From positions 40,133-104,132 of the forward strand of contig UQIT01000003.1 in NCBI GenBank assembly GCA_900541175.1: DNA of 64,000 nt. The letters run 5' to 3'. The translations under genes and the position numbers were made by a program. Source of the DNA: an uncultured Collinsella sp. (GTDB lineage Bacteria > Actinomycetota > Coriobacteriia > Coriobacteriales > Coriobacteriaceae). Positions 1-10,248 of this stretch are shown one piece after another; within the stretch, counting starts at the first letter, position 1, and each line of letters starts with the position of its first letter. Below the pieces are notes generated by a model. The model made no database searches, was not told the origin of the DNA, and worked only from the letters and a program-made list of their open reading frames with translations.

Positions 1-2847
1 CTCGTTCTCGGAGTTCTCCATGTCCTCCTCACTCCAGAACAGGGTGAGCTTGTCCTTATAGGGACGACCCTCCTGGTAGGGGCAGAACACGGCGCAGTTG
101 CCGCACTCGTTGCACATGCCGTCGACGTGGACGACCTGATGCTTGGCCAGGCCCGGCACCTTAATTGCCACGTTGGCGCGGTTGGGGCACACATCGCAGC
201 AGACCTCGCACACCGAGCCGCAGCCCAGGCAGCGAGTCTTGGTGCAGTTGCGCTTGTCGCGGCACAGCGACCCCTTGCGCTCGTAGCAAGTGTCCTCGCG
301 ACCGGTCTGAGCATTCTGGTCGGCGTACTTGTTAAAGTCCACGCCGGCGATGGCACGGGCAACCTCGGCGGCATCGGCGATAGCCTCGACCACGGTGGCA
401 GGACCGCGGCGGCAGTCGCCCGCAGCCCAGACGCCCTCGACGCCGGTGGAGGTGGCGGCAAGGCGGCCGCGACGGTCGTGCTCGATGCCCGCGGCATCGT
501 ACAGGCTGGCATCGATGCCCTCGCCCACGGCGCAGATCACCGTGGTGGCGGAAAGCTCGACGGTCTCGCCCGTGGCGACAGGGCTGCGACGGCCGCTTGC
601 ATCCGGCTCGCCAAGCTCCATAACGTCGCAGGTCAGCACGGCGCCGTTAAGTGCCTTGGGGGCCAGCAGCTCGCAGAACTCAACACCGTCGGCAAGAGCA
701 AGATCAAGCTCTTCCTCGTCAGCGGGCATCTGCTTCTTGGTGCGGCGATACACCAGGCGCACGTTCTTCACGCCAGCCAGACGCTTGGCCACGCGGGCCG
801 CGTCCATGGCGGTGTTACCGGCGCCAATGACCACGACGTCCTCGCCCAGCTCGAGCTTCTCGCCCTTCTTGGCGGCCTCGAGGAACTCCAGCACATCGAG
901 CTCGGCGCCCTCGCCCAAGCCCGCAGAGCCGGGCATCCAGGCACCGGTGGCCACGACCACGTCGGTAAAGCCCTGGGCCTTGAGCTCGTCGATGGACTCC
1001 ACGCGGGCGTTGAGCTGCACCTTGGCACCAAAGGCCAGGCAGAGCTCTGCGTCGTGAGAGATATCGTCGCTGGCGATACGGAACTCGGGGATCACGTGAC
1101 GGACCACGCCTCCGAGCGAGTCGCGGGCTTCGAAGATGGTGACGGGCACGCCGGCGCGCGTCAGGAAGAACGCGGTCGCCAGGCCGGCCGGGCCGCCGCC
1201 GATAACGGCAACGTTGCGCTCGCCGACGTTGGCAATAGCCTGGGCGCGCAGCTTAGGCAGCACGGCGGTCATGGCCTCGCGGGCGGCCTTGAGCTTGCTG
1301 GCGCGAATCTGGGCGCCCTCGGGCTCGTAGAACGCACGCTCGCAGGCACGGCCGCAGGGATGCGGGCAGATGGTGCCGGTAATGAACGGCAGGGCATTGC
1401 GCTCGATGATGATGTTGAGTGCGTCCTCGTAGCGGCCCTCGTCAACAGCCGCCAGGTAGGCGGGAATATCCTGCTGGATGGGGCAGCTCGTACGGCACGG
1501 CGTGGTAAAGCAGTCGGAAAGCGGGCTCTTGCCGGCAACCTTGCGGTCGGGCAGCGGGCGCAGCGGCTTCTTGTAGAGCGGGTTGGTGAGCGAGTCGGTC
1601 TGGATCGCGGTCACTGCCTCGAGCGAAATGCCCTCAAACGGCTTGCCGTCCAGGTCGGCAAACTCGCCGGCCATCTGGCTAAAGCGCTCGTAGCCACCGG
1701 GCTTGAGCACGTCGGTCGCCAGGGTGACGGGCCAAATGCCGGCGTCATACAGAGCGCGGATGTTGTAGACCGTGGCGCCGCCGGAGTAGCTGATGCGCAG
1801 CCTGCCATCGAACTGCTCGGTAATGCGGCGGGCAGCCTCGATGGTCAGCGAGAACAGCGAACGGCCGGACATGTACATCTCGGTGGAGGGCAGCTCGTTT
1901 CTCGTCACGTCGACGGGGAACGTGTTGGTCAGCTTGACGCCAAACTCAAGACCGCGCTCGGCGCACAGGGCAATCAGGCGCTCGAACATGGGCACGGCGT
2001 CGGCCCACTGCAGGTCCTCGCGGAAGTGCGTGTCATCGAAGACGATGTAGTCAAAGCCCAGCTCGTTCAGACGCTGGCGGGCAAACTCATAACCCAGCAG
2101 CGTGGGGTTGCACTTGATGTAGGTGTTGAGGCCCTTCTCGGTGATCAGATAGGTCGCGATGCGCTCGATCTCCGCCGGCGGGCAGCCGTGCAGGGTAGAC
2201 TCGGTGATGGAGTTGGAGACGCGTGCCGGGATGGATTCGACAAATGCGGCGTCGACATGCTCAAACTTGTCCAGGTTGGCAAGCGCCCATGCGCGGCACT
2301 CATTCCAGACGTCAGAGCCGCTGGCGTCCTTCATGCCCTCGATGTAGGCATCGACCTTGGGGCTCTTGATGCCTTCTAGGTCATAGCCCACGGACATGTT
2401 AAAGACAAAGCCGTCCGGGCTGCCCAGACCGTACTCGCGAGCGATGAGGTGGCAGGCGAACCATGCCTTCACGTACTCGGCAAAAGCCTGCGGAACCTCG
2501 AGCTCGGTCGACCACTCGCAGTTGTAGCACTCGTCCTGCGCCACGATGCAGGGCTTGTTCACACACTTGGAGAGCTCCTCGCCGTCCATAACCTGAACGG
2601 TCTTGAGCTCAAAGAAGCGGGAACCGGCCACATAAGAGGCCACGATGTTCTGGGCCAGCTGCGTATTGGGACCGGCGGCCGGGCCAAACGGAGTCTCGAT
2701 GCGCTCGTCAAAAATGGGAAGCGCGCCCTCCTGGTTGGCCGTGACCATCTTACGCACGCCAAAGATGGCGCCCTGGGTCTTGTGCTCCTCGATGATCCAG
2801 TTCATCAGCTGCGAAAACGGGATCGGCCTCATGATGTCGCTCATAAT
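1..2847 (-). CDS. ygfK: YgfK-like putative Fe-S/FAD oxidoreductase subunit (selenate reductase-like), associated with selenium-dependent molybdenum hydroxylases. N-terminal ~948 aa present; C-terminus lies beyond the window start.
   Basis: Manual minus-strand translation from ATG at 2845-2847 (RBS GAGGAG upstream) reads MSDIMRPIPFSQLMNWIIEEHKTQGAIFGV..., matching the characteristic YgfK N-terminus. Downstream it carries the Rossmann motif VAVIGGGPAGLA and C-terminal Cys clusters (CLGCGSVCEVCCDVCPNRA ... CNECGNCAVFCP). No stop codon was met before position 1. It is not in the ORF track because it is edge-truncated; the 127..2379 plus-strand ORF is its antisense shadow. Confidence 0.7.
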   Translation of the reverse strand, partial: MMSDIMRPIPFSQLMNWIIEEHKTQGAIFGVRKMVTANQEGALPIFDERIETPFGPAAGPNTQLAQNIVASYVAGSRFFELKTVQVMDGEELSKCVNKPCIVAQDECYNCEWSTELEVPQAFAEYVKAWFACHLIAREYGLGSPDGFVFNMSVGYDLEGIKSPKVDAYIEGMKDASGSDVWNECRAWALANLDKFEHVDAAFVESIPARVSNSITESTLHGCPPAEIERIATYLITEKGLNTYIKCNPTLLGYEFARQRLNELGFDYIVFDDTHFREDLQWADAVPMFERLIALCAERGLEFGVKLTNTFPVDVTRNELPSTEMYMSGRSLFSLTIEAARRITEQFDGRLRISYSGGATVYNIRALYDAGIWPVTLATDVLKPGGYERFSQMAGEFADLDGKPFEGISLEAVTAIQTDSLTNPLYKKPLRPLPDRKVAGKSPLSDCFTTPCRTSCPIQQDIPAYLAAVDEGRYEDALNIIIERNALPFITGTICPHPCGRACERAFYEPEGAQIRASKLKAAREAMTAVLPKLRAQAIANVGERNVAVIGGGPAGLATAFFLTRAGVPVTIFEARDSLGGVVRHVIPEFRIASDDISHDAELCLAFGAKVQLNARVESIDELKAQGFTDVVVATGAWMPGSAGLGEGAELDVLEFLEAAKKGEKLELGEDVVVIGAGNTAMDAARVAKRLAGVKNVRLVYRRTKKQMPADEEELDLALADGVEFCELLAPKALNGAVLTCDVMELGEPDASGRRSPVATGETVELSATTVICAVGEGIDASLYDAAGIEHDRRGRLAATSTGVEGVWAAGDCRRGPATVVEAIADAAEVARAIAGVDFNKYADQNAQTGREDTCYERKGSLCRDKRNCTKTRCLGCGSVCEVCCDVCPNRANVAIKVPGLAKHQVVHVDGMCNECGNCAVFCPYQEGRPYKDKLTLFWSEEDMENSENE

Positions 2848-2992
2848 GAGCTCCTCTCTGTAACGCCCGGCGAGACCGCGCGGCGGGCGCAAATACGGTG
2901 TAGCGCTAGCACAGCGCCGGCGACCCCGCGGAGGCCGCCTATACGCGCGTCGGATGCGGCGAAACATCCGACGCGCGTGAATCTACTTGTAA

Positions 2993-4357
2993 TTAGTAGG
3001 CGCGATCGTTGAGCGTGCTCCAGAGCTTCTTGGACTCAGCCATGGTCCACGCGTTGATCTTGTCCTCATCAATGCCAACGAACTCGCGATCCTTGTACAG
3101 GACGCGGCCGTTGATGATGGTGGTGCGGCAGTTTTTACCCATCATGCCAAAGAGCATGTGGCCGTCGATGTTCTCCTCGCTCAGCGGCGTAAAGGGCTTG
3201 TAGTCCATGACGATGACGTCGGCGGCAGCGCCGGCCTCGAGCACGCCGAGCTTGCGATCGAAGTACTTGCTCGCCATCTTGGCGTTGTTCTCGAACAGCA
3301 TGGTCATGGCCTCGCACCAGCCCACGTTGGGCATGGCGGCGTTGTGGCGCTGAATGATCAGGAAGACCTTAAGGCTCTCGAGCATATCGTGGGTGTAGGC
3401 GTCGGTACCCATGCACACAGGAATGCCGCGGCGGAAGAATTCGAGCACGGGGGCGCAGCCCACGGCGTTGCCCATATTGGATTCGGGGTTGTTGACGAGC
3501 CAGGTGCCGGACTCCTTGACGATATCCATCTCGGCAGGCGTCACGTGGATGCAGTGGCCCAGCATGGTGTCGGGACCCAGCAGGTTGTGCTGCAGCAGGC
3601 GCTCGACCGGGCTGATGCCACCGCGGTTGAGGCGGGAATCCCACACGTCGTTCATGCCCTCGCACACGTGGATGTGGAAGCCGGTCAGGCCGTTGTTGGC
3701 GTCGGCCATCTTGTCCATGGTCTCGTCCGAAAGCGTAAAGGTGGCGTGACCGCCAAACATGGCGGCGATCATGTGGTTATCGTTATCGCGACGCTCCTTG
3801 GCGGCCCACTGGGCAAACTCGGCGTTCTCGGCAATGGCCTGGTCGCATTTTTCCTGGCCGCGGCGATCAGAGACCTCGTAGCACAGGCACGAACGCATGC
3901 CCAGCTCCTGAGCTGCATCCTTAATGGTAAAGAGGCTTCCCGGGATCTCGCAGAAGCTCGCATGGTGATCGAAGATCGTGGTGACGCCATCGCGGATGGA
4001 GTCAAGAATCGTGGCATAGGCGCTGGCCTTGGTGCCGTCGAGCGTCAGGTTGTCGTCGATCTTCCACCACTGCTGCTCAAGATTCTCCAGGAAGTTGGTG
4101 GGGTTGCAGCCCTTAATGGCAAGGCCGCGGGCCAGACCCGAGTAGATGTGGGTGTGGCAGTTGATGAGTCCGGGCATGATGAGGTTGCCCTGGGCGTCGA
4201 CGTACTCGGCATCCGGGTACTTGGCCTTGAGCTCGCACTCGGGGCCCACTTCGACGATCGTATCTCCGTCAATGGCGACCGCACCGTTTGGAATGAACGG
4301 GGTCTGAGCGTTGCGGGTAAAGACGGAACCGTTAGCGACCAGAAGCATGGATGCTCC
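2993..4357 (-). CDS. ssnA: SsnA-type amidohydrolase (putative aminohydrolase of selenium-dependent molybdenum hydroxylase loci).
   Basis: 457-aa ORF with an amidohydrolase metal-binding HxH motif (INCHTHIYSGLARG) and end-to-end similarity to E. coli SsnA. ATG at 4357 is preceded by GAAGGGAG with a 5-nt spacer, so it is favoured over the TTG at 4366. It lies directly downstream of ygfK, as in E. coli ygfK-ssnA. Confidence 0.8.
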   Translation of the reverse strand, partial: GASMLLVANGSVFTRNAQTPFIPNGAVAIDGDTIVEVGPECELKAKYPDAEYVDAQGNLIMPGLINCHTHIYSGLARGLAIKGCNPTNFLENLEQQWWKIDDNLTLDGTKASAYATILDSIRDGVTTIFDHHASFCEIPGSLFTIKDAAQELGMRSCLCYEVSDRRGQEKCDQAIAENAEFAQWAAKERRDNDNHMIAAMFGGHATFTLSDETMDKMADANNGLTGFHIHVCEGMNDVWDSRLNRGGISPVERLLQHNLLGPDTMLGHCIHVTPAEMDIVKESGTWLVNNPESNMGNAVGCAPVLEFFRRGIPVCMGTDAYTHDMLESLKVFLIIQRHNAAMPNVGWCEAMTMLFENNAKMASKYFDRKLGVLEAGAAADVIVMDYKPFTPLSEENIDGHMLFGMMGKNCRTTIINGRVLYKDREFVGIDEDKINAWTMAESKKLWSTLNDRAY

Positions 4358-4543
4358 CTTCAACATCAGGGGCGGGGTTTGACACCTCTGACATGGCGGA
4401 GTGCGAAGCGCCGGCCTACACCGGAAACGGGCCCTCTCCCGTCAACGCTTCACCAAAGGGACAAACCCTTTGAAGTGCGGCTTGGCGCCGCATGACGTCG
4501 GCGGACGAGGCGATGCGTCCGCCGACGAATAGCACCGAATTGG

Positions 4544-5938
4544 TTACTTCTTGCTCTCGGGCAAGACCAGATCCACGGCAGCGTCCTTGGCAGCATCGAT
4601 GTGCTGAGCCACGACCGGCGTCTGCGGAAGGATCAGGTTAAGGACAATGGCCATGATGGCGGTGGGGGTTACGGCATTGGAGCCGATGACGGTGGACACC
4701 CAGGCGGGCATACCCTCGCCGGCAAGGCAACCGCTGGCCATCCAGATACCCAGGCCAAAGACGACGGAGGTACCGACGATGGTGGTAGTGCGCTGCGTGA
4801 GGCCCTCGCGGGTGAACATGCGCACGCCGTTCATGGTGATGGTGCCAAAGACGCCGACGGTCGCGCCGCCGATGACGGGCTGCGGGATAGCGGAAAGGAC
4901 GGCAGAGAGCTGCGGGAACAGACCGGCGATGGCAAAGACGGCCGCGATGATCACAAAGACCCACTTGTTGACGACCTTGTTGGAGCAGATGATACCCACG
5001 TTCTGGCCAAGGGCGCTGGTGGGAAGACCGCCAAGCAGGCCGCCGACCATAGAGGTGAGGCCCTGGGACACGATAGCGCCGGAGAGCTCGCGCTCGGTGG
5101 GCATACGGTCGATGGAGCCAAGGCAGGCGGCGGAGACGTCACCGATAACCTGGATGGCAACCATGGGGAACACGACGGCGAGGGTAATGCAGACCTCGGG
5201 ATCAAACTCGAGCGCGTAGGGCATGAGCTTGGGAAGGGCGAAGACCTGAGCGGTGGCGACGCTGGAGAAGTCAATCATGCCAAAGGGGATGGAGACGATC
5301 ATGCCGACGATCATGCCAAAGAACACGGATCCCAGCTTGAGCGTGCCCTTGCCAAAGTTGGCGAGCGCAAAGACCACGGCGAAGGTGATAAGAGCGACGC
5401 ACCAGGCCTGCGGAGTGCCCCACAGCGGCGTACCCATACCGCCGGCCATGTACTTAACGGCCGTGGGATAGAGAGAGACGCCAATGGAGAAGATGACCGT
5501 ACCGGTCACGACAGGTGGGAACAGCCACTTGATCTTGCTGTAGGCCAGACCAAAGAGGACCGCGACGGCGCCGCCGACGATCTCGCCACCCAGCAGCGCA
5601 CCAAAGCTAAAGCCCGAGGCACCCATGGCCTGCAGGGCCGGCAGGAACGCGAACGAAACGCCCATGACGATGGGCAGGCCGCCGCCGATGCGACGGAAGG
5701 GAGCGAAGGCCTGAAGGGCCGTGTCGATCGCCGAAAGAATGAGCGCGACCTGAATGATATCGGTGCTCTGCTGGCTATTAAAGCCGTAGACGCCGGCCAT
5801 GATGACCGCCGGGGTAATGATACCGGCAAACGATGCCAGTACGTGCTGAAGGGCACACGGGATCATTTCCTTAACGGGAGGCATGCCTTCGCGAGTGAAC
5901 AGGGCTTCAGTGCCGTTCGTAACCGTCTCCTGGGTCAT
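4544..5938 (-). CDS. NCS2-family nucleobase:cation symporter (xanthine/uric acid permease-like).
   Basis: 464-aa polytopic membrane protein with NCS2 signature regions (QHVLASFAGIITP, GLPIVMGVSFAF). Its position next to ygfK-ssnA suggests a purine substrate. Confidence 0.8.
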   Translation of the reverse strand: MTQETVTNGTEALFTREGMPPVKEMIPCALQHVLASFAGIITPAVIMAGVYGFNSQQSTDIIQVALILSAIDTALQAFAPFRRIGGGLPIVMGVSFAFLPALQAMGASGFSFGALLGGEIVGGAVAVLFGLAYSKIKWLFPPVVTGTVIFSIGVSLYPTAVKYMAGGMGTPLWGTPQAWCVALITFAVVFALANFGKGTLKLGSVFFGMIVGMIVSIPFGMIDFSSVATAQVFALPKLMPYALEFDPEVCITLAVVFPMVAIQVIGDVSAACLGSIDRMPTERELSGAIVSQGLTSMVGGLLGGLPTSALGQNVGIICSNKVVNKWVFVIIAAVFAIAGLFPQLSAVLSAIPQPVIGGATVGVFGTITMNGVRMFTREGLTQRTTTIVGTSVVFGLGIWMASGCLAGEGMPAWVSTVIGSNAVTPTAIMAIVLNLILPQTPVVAQHIDAAKDAAVDLVLPESKK

Positions 5939-6290
5939 TTGACCACCAATCCTCGAAATAGTTGTTTTCGCATCTAACGCTCTATTGTGACGCAGTGCGG
6001 GGTTGAGGTTGTGCCTTCATTGCATATCGTATTAAAGATGATTCTCATTCTCAATAATAATTTTTTGTTATCAGACTATTCTTCAGCTGAAATACCGCAT
6101 TTCCGCAGGTCAGAAAAGTGTCTGGTCAAAATAACATCTAACTTTTCTTTTGGTCAACCGTTTACCGCTAAATTCCTACCGTTCGTCTGCATTACGCAAT
6201 GTACCTGCGGATATACGAGATGATGGGCAGCGTGTTACCATGAGAAAAAATTGTTATGAACATTTCCGATTTCACCCAAAGGAGTTGCCC
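5939..6290. promoter_or_regulatory. AT-rich divergent promoter region between the permease/ssnA/ygfK operon and the YheO-like regulator.
   Basis: GC falls to roughly 40% across this stretch. It contains the inverted pair TTCCGCAGGT (6099-6108) and ACCTGCGGA (6203-6211), plus TGGTCAA direct repeats. Confidence 0.45.
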
Positions 6291-6947
6291 GTGAACGAGA
6301 CCGTACGTCGCTTTTTGCCGATGGTCGATTTTCTGGAGCAGATACTCGGTAAGAACAGCGAAATCGTGCTGCACGATTTCTCGGATCCCGACCACGCCAT
6401 CGTCGATATTCGCAACGGCATCGTGAGCGGCCGCAAGGTCGGCGGTCCCGCCACCGATCTGGCACTCAAGATCATGCACGACGCCAAGTATCGCGACCTG
6501 CCGTTTATTACGGGCTACGAGGGGCGCGGTGCCGGCGGCAAGACGTTGGAGTCAGCTACGTACTTTATCCGCGAGAATGACGAGATCGTCGGTATGCTCT
6601 GCGTCAACACCGACCTCTCGACCGTGCGCTCCATCAACGCCATGGCGCAGCAGCTCATGGCGTGCTTCGACGCGGCGCCGACGCGCACGGAGCCCGCCCC
6701 TATCGAGGTCGAAAGCCTTTCGGAGTCCACCCAGGAGCTCATCGACCGCAGCATTGCCGAGTTGCTGAGCGCGCGCGGGCTGGATGTAGCGTCGCTTGGT
6801 CAGAGCGACCGCGTGGACGTCATTCGCCACCTCAACGGCAACGGGGTGTTCATGCTCAAGGGCGCCGTGGCCTGCGCTGCCACCGCGTTGGGCATCTCGG
6901 AGCCCAGCGTGTACCGCTACCTGCAAAAAGTCCGCAAGGAGGACTAA
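6291..6947 (+). CDS. YheO-like PAS-domain transcriptional regulator with a C-terminal HTH.
   Basis: GTG at 6291 is preceded by AAAGGAG. The N-terminus (RFLPMVDFLEQILGKNSEIVLHDF) is typical of the YheO family, and a C-terminal HTH is present (GAVACAATALGISEPSVYRYLQK). It is divergent from the purine locus. Confidence 0.65.
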   Translation: MNETVRRFLPMVDFLEQILGKNSEIVLHDFSDPDHAIVDIRNGIVSGRKVGGPATDLALKIMHDAKYRDLPFITGYEGRGAGGKTLESATYFIRENDEIVGMLCVNTDLSTVRSINAMAQQLMACFDAAPTRTEPAPIEVESLSESTQELIDRSIAELLSARGLDVASLGQSDRVDVIRHLNGNGVFMLKGAVACAATALGISEPSVYRYLQKVRKED

Positions 6948-6990
6948 CGAGCAAAATGGAGCGCGGCTCCACAAGCGATTCGTCACTTGA

Positions 6991-7031
6991 CAAAAGACCC
7001 TGCAGCTCGCACGCGCTGCAGGGTCTTTTTG
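6991..7031. terminator. Bidirectional intrinsic terminator between the YheO-like gene (+) and ridA (-).
   Basis: Perfect hairpin AAGACCCTGCAGC...GCTGCAGGGTCTT flanked by A-run and T-run. Confidence 0.6.
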
Positions 7032-7059
7032 CATGTCATGTTTAGTTGTTGCCAACGCC

Positions 7060-7437
7060 TTAGAGAGCGGCGACGACCTCGATCTCAACCAGACCGCCAG
7101 CCGGAAGGGCGGCAACCTGGAAAGCGCTGCGCGCGGGGAACGGAGCCTCGAACTTGGAGGAGTAAATCTCGTTCACGGCGGCGAAGTCGGCGATGTCGGC
7201 CAGGTAGACCGTGGTCTTGACGACATCGGCAAACGTAGCGCCGGCGGCAGTCAGCAGAGCCTCGACGTTAGCAAGGGACTGCTTAGCCTGGGCCTCGACA
7301 CCCCCGGGCAGCTTGCCGGTCGCGGGATCGATGCCCAGCTGGCCGGACAGGAACACCATGTTGCCGGTCTGGATGCCGGGGGAATACGGTCCGATGGCTG
7401 CGGGTGCGTTATCGGAAGACACGACGGTCTTGCTCAT
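7060..7437 (-). CDS. ridA: RidA (YjgF/TdcF) family reactive-intermediate deaminase.
   Basis: MSKTVVSSDNAPAAIGPYSPG... matches the RidA family over 125 aa. ATG at 7437 has an AAGGAGATAAAC RBS; the longer ORF to 7512 is an upstream extension. Confidence 0.85.
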   Translation of the reverse strand: MSKTVVSSDNAPAAIGPYSPGIQTGNMVFLSGQLGIDPATGKLPGGVEAQAKQSLANVEALLTAAGATFADVVKTTVYLADIADFAAVNEIYSSKFEAPFPARSAFQVAALPAGGLVEIEVVAAL

Positions 7438-7737
7438 GTTTATCTCCTTACGATCAGTTGAGAAAGCGTGAGCGCGGCGTTCACACCGGGAGGCACAGTT
7501 CGGTCTGAACACCGCGCTTGATTGGGATAGTACTCAAGGTTTCCGCGCGATGCAAGATTATTATCACGTTGCGAGAATATTTTATCGTCCAACGGTTTCC
7601 CTGGACCGCTGAACGGTTCTCCACGGGGTCAGCCAGCCCAAGCTGCTGAAGACTTTATCCCGCTTGGAGCACGGGCATCGTCCATCGCGACGGCGCCACT
7701 ATACTTTTGAGTATCTGAGCATTTTGAAAGGCAGGAT

Positions 7738-10233
7738 ATGACCGCAACCGCCAGTCGAACCACCAACCGCAGACCCGAGCTTTTGGCGCCCGCCGGAGGG
7801 CCCGAGCCCTTTGCCGCCGCACTCGCCGCCGGGGCAGACGCCATCTACTGCGGCATGGGCAGCTTCAACGCACGCCGCAAGGCCACCAACTTTACCGACG
7901 AGGCCTTTGAGCAGGCCTGCCGCGCCGCGCATCTGGCCGGCTCGCGCGTCTACGTCACGGTCAACATCGTCATCAAGGAATCCGAGATGAGCGATGCGCT
8001 GCAGCTCGTCCGTCGCTGCTCCACGCTGGGTGCCGACGCCTTCATCATCCAGGACTGGGGCCTGTTCTTTGAGGTCAAGCGCACCATGCCCGGCATCGAG
8101 ACGCATATCTCGACCCAGGCGAACATCCACGACGACCGCGGAACCCTTTGGTGCCGCGAGCAGGGCGCCGACCGCGTGACCCTCTCGCGCGAGCTTTCCA
8201 TCGACGAGATTGCCGCCATTCACGATGCCGCGCCCGATGTGGACCTTGAGGTCTTTAGCCATGGCGCCATCTGCTTTTGCTACTCTGGCCTGTGTCTGCT
8301 TTCGAGCTTTGCCATGGCGGGACGATCGGCCAACCGTGGCATGTGCGCCCAGCCCTGCCGCTTGCCCTACGAGCTGATCGACGAGAACGGTCGCGCGCTC
8401 TCCCCCGCCGGCCGCGAGCGTGCGCTATGCCCACGCGACACCAACACCTCACAGCTTGTTCGCCGCCTGTATGACGCCGGCGCCGCGTCGCTCAAGCTCG
8501 AGGGCCGCATGAAGGCGCCCGATTACGTGTACTCCATCGTCGATGTGTACCGTCACCAGATTGACGATATGCTGGCCGATGTTTCGACCTCCAAGGATGA
8601 GGATGCAGCCCGCCAGCGCCAGCTCAAGCGCTGCTTTAATCGCGACTTCACGCACGCCTACCAGAATGGCACCTCGGGCGACGAGATGATGAGCTACGAG
8701 CGCTCCAACAACCGCGGCCAGATTGTGGGCACGGTGCTGGGCAGCCGTCTGGCCAACCGCGATGTGCGCGGGCTCAAGCCCGACGATCGCCGTCGCCGCG
8801 CCGCCATCGCCCGCATTGAGCTGTTTGAGCCCGTTGGCAAGGGCGACCTGCTGGAGCTTCGCCACGATAACGAATTTGACCAGTTCCTGACCACCATTTC
8901 CGCCGATGATGCCGCCGCGGGCGACATCATCGAATGCCGCGTGCCCCGCAGCATGCCCGAGGGTTGCCGCGTCCGCGTGATTCGCAGTCAGCGTGCCATC
9001 GACGCCGCCGGCGCCGCGCTCAAGCGCGATGTGCTGCGCCGCCGAGCTGTTGACGTGTCCGTCGTGGCGCGCCTAGGCGAGCCATTTACTGTCACACTCA
9101 CCTGCTGTGACAACCCCGCGCTCACCGCCACCGCCACGGGCTTCACCGTCGAGGCCGCCAAGACCCGCGCCGTCGAGGCGGCAGACCTGGTTGAGCATGT
9201 GGGCCGCATGGGCTCCTCGCCCTTTGAAGCAGCGAGCTTTGATGTGGCACTCGATAAGGGCTGCGGTATGAGCTTTTCCGCCGTGCACAAGGTGCGCGCC
9301 GCCGCTTGTAAGGCGCTGGAAGAGGCCATTCTGGCACCGTACGAGGAGCGCGCGAAAACGCTCGAGCTGCCGGCGATTGTAACCAGTGATTCCCGCCCCG
9401 CGCCCGAGCACTACCGCGATGAGCCGCAGATCTGCGCCACCGTCACCTCGCTCGAGGCCGCCGAAGCCGCTCGCGCCGAGGGTGCAACGCGCATCTATAT
9501 GACCACCGATGCGCTCGAGGCCGCCGGTGTCTCCCCCGCCGATGCATTTGAGCAGGACATCGTACCCGTACTCGACGAGGTCTGCCGCGCCCTTGACCAC
9601 GTACGCGTCGATCCCTGGATCAATGCCGGAGCCACCGTCGCCGTCGGCAATATCTCCGAGCTCGCCGTAGCCGCGCATGCCGGCGCCACGGCCGAGATTC
9701 GCTCTTGCCTGCCGGTGCACAACACGCCCTGCATGGAGGCGCTTGCCGAGCGCGGAGCCGGTGCGTTTTGGCTCTCGCCCGAGATTACGCTCGACGAGAT
9801 TGTCTCGCTCGGCGCCGCCGCGCCCGCGGCTCTGGGCATCACCGTCTTTGGCCGCCCGCGCGTTATGACGAGCGAGCACTGCATCCTGCAGGTGGCCAAT
9901 GGCTGCATCCACGATTGCGCCAACTGCCGCCTGCGCGCCCGCAAGCTGTCGCTCAAGAATATCGACGGCAAGGTCATGCCCGTGCGCACCGACATCCATG
10001 GCCGCTCTCGCTTGTACGATGCCTACCCCATCGACCTTACGCCGCAGGTACCGCAGTTGCTCGACGCCGGCGTCCGTCGTCTTATGGTCGACGGAACCTT
10101 GTTCGAGGCCGATGAGATTGGTCGTGCCGTCGCTCGCGTCCGTCGCGCCGTCGAGGCAGCTCAAGCCGGCCGCAAGCCCGCCGCCCGTCTGCGCGGAGCA
10201 ACCTCGGGCTGCATGTTTGTGGGAATTAGCTAA
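7738..10233 (+). CDS. Large U32-family protein (peptidase U32 / collagenase-like; possibly an RlhA/TrhP-type RNA hydroxylase).
   Basis: 831 aa. The N-terminal U32 core carries conserved Cys residues (CFCYSGLCLLS ... CAQPCRLPYEL). RBS GAAAGGCAGG precedes the ATG. Adjacent to an RluA-family gene. Confidence 0.75.
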   Translation: MTATASRTTNRRPELLAPAGGPEPFAAALAAGADAIYCGMGSFNARRKATNFTDEAFEQACRAAHLAGSRVYVTVNIVIKESEMSDALQLVRRCSTLGADAFIIQDWGLFFEVKRTMPGIETHISTQANIHDDRGTLWCREQGADRVTLSRELSIDEIAAIHDAAPDVDLEVFSHGAICFCYSGLCLLSSFAMAGRSANRGMCAQPCRLPYELIDENGRALSPAGRERALCPRDTNTSQLVRRLYDAGAASLKLEGRMKAPDYVYSIVDVYRHQIDDMLADVSTSKDEDAARQRQLKRCFNRDFTHAYQNGTSGDEMMSYERSNNRGQIVGTVLGSRLANRDVRGLKPDDRRRRAAIARIELFEPVGKGDLLELRHDNEFDQFLTTISADDAAAGDIIECRVPRSMPEGCRVRVIRSQRAIDAAGAALKRDVLRRRAVDVSVVARLGEPFTVTLTCCDNPALTATATGFTVEAAKTRAVEAADLVEHVGRMGSSPFEAASFDVALDKGCGMSFSAVHKVRAAACKALEEAILAPYEERAKTLELPAIVTSDSRPAPEHYRDEPQICATVTSLEAAEAARAEGATRIYMTTDALEAAGVSPADAFEQDIVPVLDEVCRALDHVRVDPWINAGATVAVGNISELAVAAHAGATAEIRSCLPVHNTPCMEALAERGAGAFWLSPEITLDEIVSLGAAAPAALGITVFGRPRVMTSEHCILQVANGCIHDCANCRLRARKLSLKNIDGKVMPVRTDIHGRSRLYDAYPIDLTPQVPQLLDAGVRRLMVDGTLFEADEIGRAVARVRRAVEAAQAGRKPAARLRGATSGCMFVGIS

Positions 10234-10248
10234 CCGAAAGGCTTACAC

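Noticed and set aside
127-2379. 750-aa plus-strand ORF at the left edge, with nested plus-strand ORFs.
   Set aside because: Composition is Ala/Gly/Leu/Arg-rich and repetitive. The opposite strand translates cleanly into a YgfK-like oxidoreductase with conserved Fe-S and FAD motifs and an RBS, so this ORF is an antisense shadow in high-GC DNA.
3158-5977. Plus-strand ORFs 3158..4495 (445 aa) and 4601..5977 (458 aa).
   Set aside because: Antisense to ssnA and the NCS2 permease respectively; the second is Gly/Asp-rich low complexity.
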